DNA of 64,000 nucleotides from Ylistrum balloti (lineage: Eukaryota), in NCBI RefSeq assembly GCF_031769215.1, contig NW_026781965.1, positions 248,001-312,000 on the forward strand, given 5' to 3'. Shown here one piece after another: positions 12,601 to 23,700 of this stretch. How positions within the stretch are numbered: position 1 is the stretch's first letter; every line of letters begins with the position of its first letter. Both the position numbers and the translations under genes were made by a program. The notes beneath the pieces are model-generated. The model was not told the DNA's origin and searched no databases. It worked only from the letters and a program-made list of their open reading frames with translations.

Positions 12601-15246
12601 TAATGGCCTCAAATTGGGGAGAGTTTAAAAAGAAGATGGCAATCAGAGACATGGAGGATAAAAGAGTCTCTCCAGCACAGCATCTTTGGGAGGGGGAGAT
12701 AACTCCATTAGTAAGACCAAGTGATGCTACCTCCACAGGTATATATTTACCAATGCAATACAGGTTGGAAAATAGAAAATTATAACAGACAAAACAATAA
12801 AAACAGGAATAGCTGCATTTACTTGAAATGTTTTTTATTCAACTTGCTGTTTTTTTCTATGTAGTATTGAGTCTGTAGGGGTATACAATTCCACTAATCT
12901 GGGATTTTATAACAGAGTTAGTGAAAATGTAAATTATAAAGGATGCATATACCAGTATACTGTTTTGTGAAATCTTCTTGCAAGCAAGTACATGAAGTAT
13001 AAAATGTTATACCCTTGATACTAAGAAATGGGAGTGGTCATACTTAATTATGTAATTCATTGAATTTTTAAATCCCTTTGTAAATAATGTTTGAAAATGA
13101 AATCTTTCAGAACACATTATAAAAAAAAGTATGGTATTGTTTTCAGTGTCTTTCCTATCAAATCAATGTCAAACATGAAATAATAGTTTTACCTGCATTT
13201 GTTTTCCTGTTACAGGCAGTATCTTGAATAGATTGCAAATCATTGAAAGTGTTAATTTAACAAAGGGACCTAGGTAAGATATCTCTTTATTTACCCTCTT
13301 GTTTACCATGTTTAAATCAGGATTAATTACTGTAATTATTGACAAAACTGCATCAAGAGGGAATATCTGTCCAGTTTTGAGAACTCCACTCATACGTGTT
13401 AGCTTGTTTGTTGAAATTCATCAAGTTATTCCATTTGCAGTCTTGCCCAGGTTGATAAGGATGAAGTGTATCTTTGCCCTGGTGACAAAAAAGTCCTTAC
13501 CCAAATAATGATAAAAAAAGGATAAGAACAAATATAGGCTTTGCTCTAGTTATATATAAAAAGGGCAAAATCACACATTTTCCAAGTTGACAAGACAAAA
13601 AAGTGCCCACCTAGATATGGTCAAATACAGGCCATGCTTTGCTTGATAATGACAAAAACAGGCCTTGTCCTGGTTGATAAGAATCTGAATATGATAAAAA
13701 GAATTGGAATTAGATTTTATTTATGTGCACTAAACCTACAGGCAATACCTATAGCAAGCAGTCTTTTTGGCTTGGTTTTAATATATATGTATCAGAGACT
13801 GGAGAACAAAATTGTGGTTGTGACAACACAAACTGTATTCTTTATATATATTTTCAAACCTGCCTATACAGGTCTCAGATAGACACACCCAGTACTTTAC
13901 CTGGTGGAACCATATTTGATGTTTACCTACCAGATGCCAAGTTCAGAAAGTCAAGGCCTGGACTTCCTAATTACAGAGTCTGTGTCTCAAAGTAAGTGTG
14001 ATTTACTTATGGGTAGTAATTGTTTGGTTCTTCAGAGTGTTTTGTGATTCTTCAGAGTGTAATGAGTGGTTCCTCAGGATGCAGTGTGTGATACAATTTA
14101 CTTGAGAGTGCAATATGTGGTACTTAAGGGTATAGTCAGTGCTTCTTGAGGATGTAGAGTGAGGCATTTGAGGATGTAGTTTGTGATATTTAAGGATGTA
14201 ATCTGTGGTTCCTGAGGGTGTAGTTTATGGTACTTGAAAAATGTATTGTGTAGTTCTTGAGGTCGTAGTGTGTGGTACTAGTGTGGATGTTATGTTTGGT
14301 ACTTAGGTGTGTAGAATGTGGTACTTTAGGGTGCAGTGTGTGGTACTTGAAGGTGTTTTATGATACTTGAGCATGTATTGTGTTTAGTGTGTAGCCCTTG
14401 AGGATTAAGCTTGTGGTACTTCAGGGTGTATTGTGTGGTACATTATGGTTTTTTTTATGATACTTGTGGGTGTCGTGTGTGGTAATTGTAGGCACTATGT
14501 GGTACTTGTGGGTGTTGTGTGTGGTAATTGTAGGCACTATGTGGTACTTGTGGGTGCCGTGTGTGGTAATTGTAGGCACTATGTGGTACTTGTGGGTGTC
14601 GTGTGTGGTAATTGTAGGCACTATGTGGTACTTGTGGGTGCCGTGTGTGGTAATTGTAGGCACTATGTGGTACTTGTGGGTGCCGTGTGTGGTAATTGTA
14701 GGCACTATGTGGTACTTGTGGGTGCCGTGTGTGGTAATTGTAGGCACTATGTGGTACTTGTGGGTGCCGTGTGGTAATTGAAGTTGCTGTATAGTACTTT
14801 ATGTCAGGATCATTACATTGTTTTCATGTTATGTGTTATAATCCAACAATGATGTAGAGTAGGGTTAGTGGAATTTGATTGGCTGTCAGTTCAGTTTATT
14901 CTATCCACACTACCAATACTCCTCAAATGCCCAAGTTTGCAGTTAAAAACACCTCCAGTTTCCAGCAGTATCTATTCTGATTGGGCAGAAATTATTCCAA
15001 AAAGTTGTTCCATACATGAGAATATAGAAACAATTAGAAGTCAGTTGTATACATTTAATACTGTTTCAAAGTACAACTTTACATTTTAGGATTCATGAAA
15101 AGCCGCCAAATCTCCAGGAAATTTTGAGTACCCAAAGATCATTTCCTGATGGTGTTCCAGTTAGCTGGGCAGTACTTGACCATGGAGACATAGCCTTCTA
15201 TCAATTCACAGACATCTCTCTGCCACAGGAAGTGTCAATGGGGTAG
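6655..15246 (+). CDS. TSEN54: tRNA-splicing endonuclease subunit Sen54, complete
   Basis: Exons 6655-6722, 8329-8493, 10326-10389, 10622-10705, 11362-11513, 11987-12738, 13216-13273, 13872-13991, 15090-15246; phases match at every junction. Motifs RVLSAQEIF, KDFEPDGS, GKFWTYMGF, WLFPEEALFLME, YQVYSHLRRLGYVVLRH, FDVYLPD, AVLDHGDIAFYQF are typical of Sen54. Confidence 0.93.
7400..7545 (-). mobile_element. tRNA-derived SINE-like relic
   Basis: The minus strand reads ...ggattgtcatatgcaaaacacccaGGTTCAAATCCtgaccgggc (B-box-like). Similar decayed heads occur near 4790-4840 and 54770-54830. Confidence 0.3.
8690..10080. mobile_element. Non-autonomous Helentron-like element(s) with internal ~160-172 bp tandem units (TSEN54 intron)
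   Basis: Starts ttttagctcacatggcccc. The internal units (gatttggtcagaagcat...gaatcaattt; tttactttcctttccaggctaca at 9449 and 9621) resemble the reverse complement of 24840-25340. Confidence 0.55.
13995..14780. repeat. Degenerate ~20 bp tandem repeat grading into a near-perfect 39 bp repeat (~8 copies, 14460-14778)
   Basis: The 20-mer consensus is about tgtggtacttgagggtgtag; the 39-mer is gtgtgtggtaattgtaggcactatgtggtacttgtgggtgcc-type. Confidence 0.9.
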
Positions 15247-15575
15247 GCACGATTCTGGGCTAGCTAGCTACTGAAACCAGTGATATCTCTCTTCCACAGA
15301 AATGTCAATGAGAAACATACCAACTGGGCTAGCTAGTTACGAGTCCAGACATCTCTCTCCCACAGGAAGTGTCAATGAGAAGCCTACCAACAGGGCTAGC
15401 TACCTGTCAAGTCATTTTTCTCCCACAGGAAGTGTCAATGAGATATGTACCAGCTAGGCTAGCCAGTGCAAGCCCAAGCATTATTCTACCATAGGAAGTG
15501 ACAATGAGAAACTTACCAATTGGGCTGGTTAGCTACGGAAAACAGAGACATCACTCTCCCATAGGAAGTGTTAAT
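15208..15575. repeat. Degenerate 62-70 bp tandem repeat (~6 copies) overlapping the TSEN54 stop codon
   Basis: The core ccacaggaagtgtcaatg recurs at about 15228, 15298, 15365, 15428, 15494 and 15564. Confidence 0.85.
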
Positions 15576-15636
15576 GAAGTGTCAATTTTTATCAAGGTAT
15601 TTGTTACAGAATTAGGGTTGCTATTTTATTGCTACT

Positions 15637-15659
15637 TATATATATATATATATATATAT
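15637..15659. repeat. (TA)n microsatellite
   Basis: Directly visible. Confidence 0.9.
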
Positions 15660-16684
15660 TTGTAATTCTGTAAATGTGCCAGTGTACTTTGAAATCTTAT
15701 TGTGACTTGGGGTTTGCTCAAGACATTTACATTCAACATTCACAAATTATTGTTCAGTTGTACAAAATCTACAGCTGTAACATGTGCTGTACTTTGCTCG
15801 ACCTGGTACTTGATAGTGGTACACAACACAGCTGTGTCATGTGTATTCTAATCCTGTTTACTGCTCCTGTCTTTCTTCATTGATAACAAAAGACTGGTTT
15901 ATAAATGGTTGTTTTTTATTATATAAAAAAAGTTATGGAATTCTATAACAATGGTAATTATTTTTAAATATTATGTAATCATGTCAATAAACGTTGATAA
16001 ATTCTTTTGACTAAATCCAATGATTATAAACATTCACTCTATCAATGGTAATATGACCTCTGACAGTATTAAAACATGTTTGATCCAACAACGTGTACAC
16101 ACAATACACTTTCATACTGGACCCTAATCGTCTATATTGTCAGTGGGCCATACAACAGTGGAGAAGTTAATACATGTCAGTAAGATAAGACAGGCTATCA
16201 GAATGTACAAGTCAAGTTTGATTCAGTTCCGATAGATTTGACAGGTTTCACTATAATGGTAATAAATGTCATATTCACCACTCACTCCTGATCAGATGAT
16301 AATGATAAACAATAATTCCACACTTTGATAGTATGATTAGATCTCTCTTTATCAGGTCCTTAACCAGACCTGTTCATTAACAGCATCAACATAAATCATA
16401 TATCTCTTGTTATGTGGCAAGCTCTTGACAAATACTTCCAATGACTTCATTAAAATGTCAGAATGGTGGTTTTTCCTCTGAAATAGCTCTGTTTTAAACC
16501 ATCTCAATCAGTCTATCTACTTCATATATAAGTGTACTGGATTTATATTATCATATATATGACATTGATAAATTTAATTTATAAAAACAAATTCTACATT
16601 TTATGTGATATAACTGAAATTGTAATACCAATATTCATTTGCATTGTTATCATATCAATTCTATTGTTATTATATCAGTACTAA

Positions 16685-16915
16685 ACACACAACTGATGGT
16701 CAGCATTAAACAGTACACAACTGATGGTCAGCTTTAAACAGTACACATTTGATGGTCAGCTTTAAACAGTATACAACTGATGGTCAGCTTTAAACAGTAT
16801 ACAACTGATGGTCAGCTTTACACAGTATACAACTGATGGTCAGCTTTACACAGTACACAACTGATGGTCAGCTTTACACAGTATACAACTGATGGTCTAC
16901 TTTACACAGTATACA
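16685..16915. repeat. 28 bp tandem repeat (~8 copies) between the TSEN54 and FLII 3' ends
   Basis: aactgatggtcagctttaaacagtacac, period 28. Confidence 0.9.
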
Positions 16916-17740
16916 AATTTCAAACTTATCTTTCATACAAATTCTCTTTACATTTATGACTAATTCTGTGGTACCCTTCAGCTTATATCACTGCAGAATC
17001 ATGAGCTATTGTACATAGGTGACTAAAGATATAATTTTGGAAACAAGGAATAAGGATTACTCCACATACCAAACTTCTTGGATTTAAATGTGAATTTATC
17101 ATTATTATTTACTTTCAAATACTATTTCTATAACATCAATTAATAATTAATTTTCAGAAGCTAAGACTTTGTTCGTAAATATTTCACCAGTAACAAACAT
17201 ATATGTTAACAACAACAGGGAGAATATGTTAACATGAGGAGAGACAGACTTTAGAATATTCTAGTACTAACAGAAGATAAAAAGGTATTATAGGCAGCAG
17301 CATAAAACATTCCCAATATCACAGACAAACTCGGCCTCCAACACAAACACACAATTCTACAGCAGATCATTTGTACTCAAATAGTGTTAACATCAATATT
17401 GCACAAGAACAGTCTTTTGTGACCAACTTAGGGGAATCACACCTGATACACCTACGTACAATGTATGGAAACAAGTGCAGGAGGTTTGAACTACAGCACC
17501 AACAATTCTTTAAAATTCTGCTGACTGATAACAGATATAAATCTTTACTTTTAATGATAATGAACAGAAAGCTATCAGAAACTATCCATCATTCTTATAA
17601 ACAATACCAATAAAATTAATTGGTTGTTAAATTTTCACTTTGACGAGAAGAAAAATCACTATAAATGAAATCTGTTGCAACAGATATTTTGTTTAGAATG
17701 TTGTGCAACTCCTGTAGCTGTGGGAAAATGGACAAACTGT

Positions 17741-20700
17741 TCACTCCAGAACCTCCTTGTACTTTCCCCAGCCGTGGAAACACTTTGTAAACTTTCTCAG
17801 TTCCTTGTATTTCATGGCTAGCAGTAGTTTACGTGGCTTGTTGGGCTGTTTGTTACGCATGTGTTGGATGTATACCTACAACATCAGAAAGGTAAAATTG
17901 ATTTTATTTCAAAACACACAAAAGCATCTTATCATTAGATTTTTTGGAATATATTTATTCATCATATTGTTTGCGTAATTGTGATCAATCATTGCATGAA
18001 AAACGTTTTGACATTGATTTCCTGAGTGTTTGTGTCACATAACAACTATTAACTAGAGAAGAAAAATATTTTAACCATGAATAGTTGTTACTCTACAATG
18101 TATCATCATCAACAGACCAGGAAATAAAGAAGAATATCGATGTCTTTATTTAATTTAAAGCATCAAGACTGAAACACATCTTATTAACATTTATAATGTT
18201 GCATATTATCATTATAAATGTTAAAAAGATGTATTTCAACTCATGAATCTATAAAAATTTGCCTACATTACATTCAAACATCTCTGAATAGGTTTCATTC
18301 ATTTTGTTTAAATCCCATGACAAACACTTCTAATATCACTAGTAACCTCAACATTCCTGATATCACTAGCTACCTACCCTTGAGGACTAGTTGTAATGAA
18401 GGGATCAACATCTCTGATATCACTAGCTACCTACCCTTGAGGACTAGTTATAATGAAAGGATCAACATCTCTGATATCACTAGCTACCTACCCATGAGGA
18501 CTAGTTGTAATGAAAGGATCAACACCTCTGATATCACTAGCTACCTACCCTTGAGGACTAGTTGTAATGAAGGGATCAACACCTCTGATATCACCAGCTA
18601 CCTACCCTTGAGGACTAGTTGTAATGAAGGGATCAACACTCCTAATAATAACTGATTATATCATTACCTGTGCACTCTTAAATGCAAGTTTTATTTCCAC
18701 ATCACTTGTTTTCTTGCCAACCCAGAGGAAGACATTTTCCCCGTTGTCCAAGATCATCACGTCATCATCAGCCAGATCGTCCTTGTAGGAGAAAACACAT
18801 CATAAGATATGAAAAATTTGGATGTCATACAACTACAGCTGCCATCTGCTGAAAATCAATCCTGCAGATGCTAACAGTCATGGTACCCTTATATACCCAT
18901 TATCAACTCAACAGAGAAATACATGTATCCAATTTTGACTACAATATACAACTATTCAAACCAACATTAATAAAGATTTAACAAATGTTTAATTTATTTC
19001 CAATCTGTATCAAAGTGCATGAAGTAAACTTTTTCCTTCACATTTCTGTAATTTTTTGTCACAAATACTAAATAGCGATGGGTATGCTCATGTTTTCTTA
19101 GGAACAAACCATATAAGACATACATGACTCAAGTAAAACATGAAGTTTGTAGAAGAGTGTGATAAAAAGTGTCACATAACACAGCAGAAAATATGTCACA
19201 ATACATAAAACAAATTTACAGTACAGTGGGCTTGGCTCACATTTAAGAATGGTACCAAGATTGTTTCTAATTCTTGAAGAACCTACAGTATAACCTTACA
19301 ATGTTATATTGCAAGCATTTGTTATTATAAAGGAGTTTACATGATACTATTGATGACTATTTGCAGATGGTACCTGGGGATCAGGTTTACTTAACATGCT
19401 TTTGTGTTTTGTAATTGGGAAAGATCACTGTGACATACCAAACTAGAATGTCTGCCATGGACTGACATGTTTTATGATAGGATGATATGGCAGATACAGA
19501 CCTGCTTATGATTGACCAAATAAGAAACAATATCTGTGGCTTTACCTGACAGAAATCTGCACATTTTTCCGACACTGTGAAGTATCCTTTTTCATTGGAA
19601 CACCTAAACAGGCGAGCATGTTGCATGAACTTTGCCTCCTGAAAAATATGTATTTACATTTACATAAAGGAATAGGTATGATAACATCAATCAAAACCAT
19701 CACTTACTTCTTTTAAAACTATTCTTTCAGTATTATACTTTATAACAAAATCACTTCACGTCTACAGAACAAGGAAATGAGAATGTGATGGTTCAAAGAG
19801 TTCATTGTGAACTTTTTATCAGAAAGATGATACATACAGTGGAACCTCTTCAAACTGACTATTTATGGGACATGAATATTTGGCCAGTTCAAGGAGGGTT
19901 CAGTTTGTAGAAATTGAGCAAGTTGACCGCTCCAGACTCTGATATGATTGAACTGATTCTGTTGTATACATTAATTACATGACCATTTTGTTCACTCATT
20001 ATTTACACTTCACATGTCCAAATATATACAGAGGAAAAAGTTTTAGAGTAAAAATAAATCTGTACAGTGAAAAAACAGCAACAGCGATACTTGTATTCTA
20101 TGTGTGGCTATGGTCAAAAAGAAATTTATGCATTTCATGGCAATCTCAGAAGTAATGTAACTTTACATACGCTTTGACGTAGCCCCAGTCGGATGGTCCG
20201 TTTTTCCGAAAGTGATACCAACCGATATATTTGATGAATATGTATTTTGGTGACCAGTATAAAAACTGACCTAAAAGTCTCAATATTTCCAATTGATATG
20301 TATCAAAATAGCATTATTCAATTACTTACGATTTAGATACGAAACTACAGCTTTCTAACTCTGCATCAGTACTTATTTTCAATTTGTCTGTAGCCGTTTC
20401 TCACTTCCGTGAAATGATGGACTTGTTTGATATGGTTTCAATTTGTCATTGGTGATAACTATACATTATGTTTATCATAATCCTCCTGATCAGGGTAGGT
20501 ATTGTGAAGAAAGCCTACCCATGACAAGCATAGGGTGCAAAGCTTACAACTGTCAACACAGTTTGTTGGAACTCAGGTCTTGATTGTTCAGGTAAGGCCG
20601 GATTTCAGAAGTGATTTTTGGTATATTTCAATCATTTCGGACGAAAAAAATCAGTTTGGTATTTGGAATTGAGATTGATTTTTTTTGGGAATGTTTTTAT

Positions 20701-23700
20701 TACTATGATAAAAAGGACGTCATTCTGTACATCACATTTTGTTTGCTTTCAAGGAGTGATTGGTTTGAGAAGGATTGGTTTGGGGAAGCTACACTGGAAA
20801 TATATTGGAAATCATCCCTGGGGCCATGCTAGCTCACAGCAATGTCCTATAGCGATGTCCTATATAACCCCAGGTAATGATCCGTCGTAGGTTGTTTTAT
20901 GCTCCCTACCAAAAACTTATTTCTCAGGACAGCCTCCCATATCTTGTTCAGTGAGTTAGTCACCTGCTACTACAAGAAGATCCTGCATCAAAATTACCTT
21001 GACTGTGTTTGCGGTAATTAACCCAGGAAATAAACAATCCTAACCTTTACTAACACACAGATACAATGTCTTAAATTGTGAATAACTATTGATTACTTAC
21101 CGTTTCATGCGGTTTCTTTCCTCCAATGCCAACCCAGAAGAAGTTGACTGGCTCTTCGCCCTCACTGATCATTTGTATCGTGTAGTTATCCTGAAGTTGA
21201 AACAGGGTACTGTGATATCGTTTCTGTTTTCTACTTAAAAATTTTGCATACTGTGTTTTAGTACATGTAGTAATCTAAAAGACTGACATATAATTGTCTA
21301 CATACTCTTGGTTTCTACATCATGTGTGCTATATTTTATTTACATCTAGTTTAAATACCTAATTTAAACATCTTGTATGAAATATTCCACAGTTTTATAC
21401 ATACTTTGTACATTTTGTATGCTATCTTTTCTGCCAGTGTAGCCTCCTCATGCTCTGCTCTGCTGCCAATCCACACATAGACCACGCCCATGAGATCCTC
21501 ACTATCAAACGGCACCATCAGGATATAGCTGAAATTTCAGTACAGAATCATGTTATGGTTACCATGGAAATATAAAGATAATTCATCTTCTAACAGCTTT
21601 ATGATTTCATAATGAATTCAGGTAGTGAAATGATATTAAGTACCTTGATACAGCATTCAAGTTGTGTGTGATTAACCTACCTTGATTTAGTGTACAAAGT
21701 TGTGTGTGATTATCTTACCTTGATATAGTGTACAAAGTTGTGTGTGATTATCTTACCTCGATTTAGTGTACAAAGTTGTGTGTGATTATCTTACCTCGAT
21801 TTAGTGTACAAAGTTGTGTGTGATTAACCTACCTTGATTTAGTGTACAAAGTTGTGTGTGGTTATTTTACCTCAATATAGTGTATAAAGTTGTGTGTGAT
21901 TATCTTACCTTAATATAGTGTACAAAGTTGTGTGTGATTATCTTACCTTAATATAGTGTACAAAGTTGTGTGTGATTATTTTACCTCAATATAGTGTATA
22001 AAGTTGTGTGTGATACAAAGTTGTGTGTGGTTATTTTACCTCAATATAGTGTATAAAGTTGTGTGTGATTATCTTACCTTAATATAGTGTATAAAGTTGT
22101 GTGTGATTATCTTACCTTGATTTAGTGTACAAAGTTGTGTGTGATTATCTTACCTTAATATAGTGTACAAAGTTGTGTGTGATTATCTTACCTTTATATA
22201 GTGTACAAAGTTGTGTGTTTATCTGCCCTTAATATCGTGTACAAAGTTGTGTGTGATTATCTTACCTTAATATAGTGTACAAAGTTGTGTGTGATTATCT
22301 TACCTTTATATAGTGTACAAAGTTGTGTGTGATTATCTTACCTTGATATAGTGTACAAAGTTGTGTGTGATTATCTTACCTTAATATAGTGTACAAAGTT
22401 GTGTGTGATTATCTTACCTTGATATAGTGTACAAAGTTGTGTGTGATTATCTTACCTTGATATAGTGTATAAAGTTGTGTGTGATTATCTTACCTTGATA
22501 TAGTGTACAAAGTTGTGTGTGATTATCTTACCTCGATTTAGTGTACAAAGTTCTATGTGATTATCTTACCTGATTTTTGAGTCATGCTCTTGGAGTTTTG
22601 AAACATGCCTTACTGTTCCATTGTTATAATAAAATTTATCAATCCAGATAAATTGACCCTTTATATCACATATCGACTAATAGTAAGGATACTGATGGAA
22701 CTGTGAAATGTTTAACCTCGTTAAATTAAATAACTAAGCAATATTATTTCATTACTTGGGTGAAATACTTACCAAAAGAATGAGTTTAATAAGGAGGCGT
22801 CTGGCCTTATCTACAAGAATGAAATGTTCTATTAATATCAATATCAGTCATGAACAGCTCATTACATTATCAAACATCTGTTTTTGCCATATCTTGACTA
22901 TATCTTCGGTTTCACTCTAATTGAATTTTACTGATCTCGAAGGTAGTGCTTTTTTCGGTGTAAACTGAACCTGTATAAATCTAGAGATATCTTAATGGAC
23001 ACTGAGAGTATCATTTCATTAACTGATTAATTACACTAGACCTGACAGAAATACAAAGAGATTGACTTTAGGTTGGTGATGTCACAGCACACTTCTCCAG
23101 TCTACAATCAATGTTAAAAAAAGTCCTATCGTGTGCAGTTACAATACACTACAAACAAGGTAACTATCAGTATTTTACCTGTATACATCTTGTGGCTATA
23201 GGACTGCCATTGGCACGTAGATGGAAGAATTCAATATCAGTCTTCTTAACCTCGCCCCCACCAACTTTCCTCTTGCCCTGTCGGATGATGAATTGGCGTT
23301 TGAAGTGGGAGAGGAATTTCAGGTTCTCCTGTTGCTGGTGTGTTCGTACTACTTCTAGTCTGTCCTTGAACAGAGTCTCAAACTTTTTTTGTAAGCTGTA
23401 AAACAGAGTGTTACAAATCACTTCAATAACTCAGATGAAACCATGTAGAGTTGACCTAATCAGGTGCATTTTAAAGATCTTAATATTCATTTCTACTGGA
23501 ACAGGATCTAAAATCTGATTCTAAATTTACATTGAGACAATCAGATGTATTCCTTATGTCTGAGATACCTAAAGGCCAATTTAAAGATCTTAATATTCAT
23601 TTATACTGGATCAGGACCTAACCTCTGATTCTAAATTTACAATGAGTCAATCAGTTGTATTCCTTGTGTCTGAGATACCTAAAGGTCAGTTTAAAGATCT

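Noticed and set aside
14421-14781. Three overlapping repeat ORFs
   Set aside because: Translations of the 39 bp intronic repeat.
15900-16000. Possible overlapping 3' ends of TSEN54 and FLII (opposed AATAAA signals)
   Set aside because: FLII has nearer ATTAAA variants, and the transcript ends cannot be fixed from sequence.
18218-18655. 145 aa plus-strand ORF
   Set aside because: Translation of the 57 bp repeat, antisense within a FLII intron.
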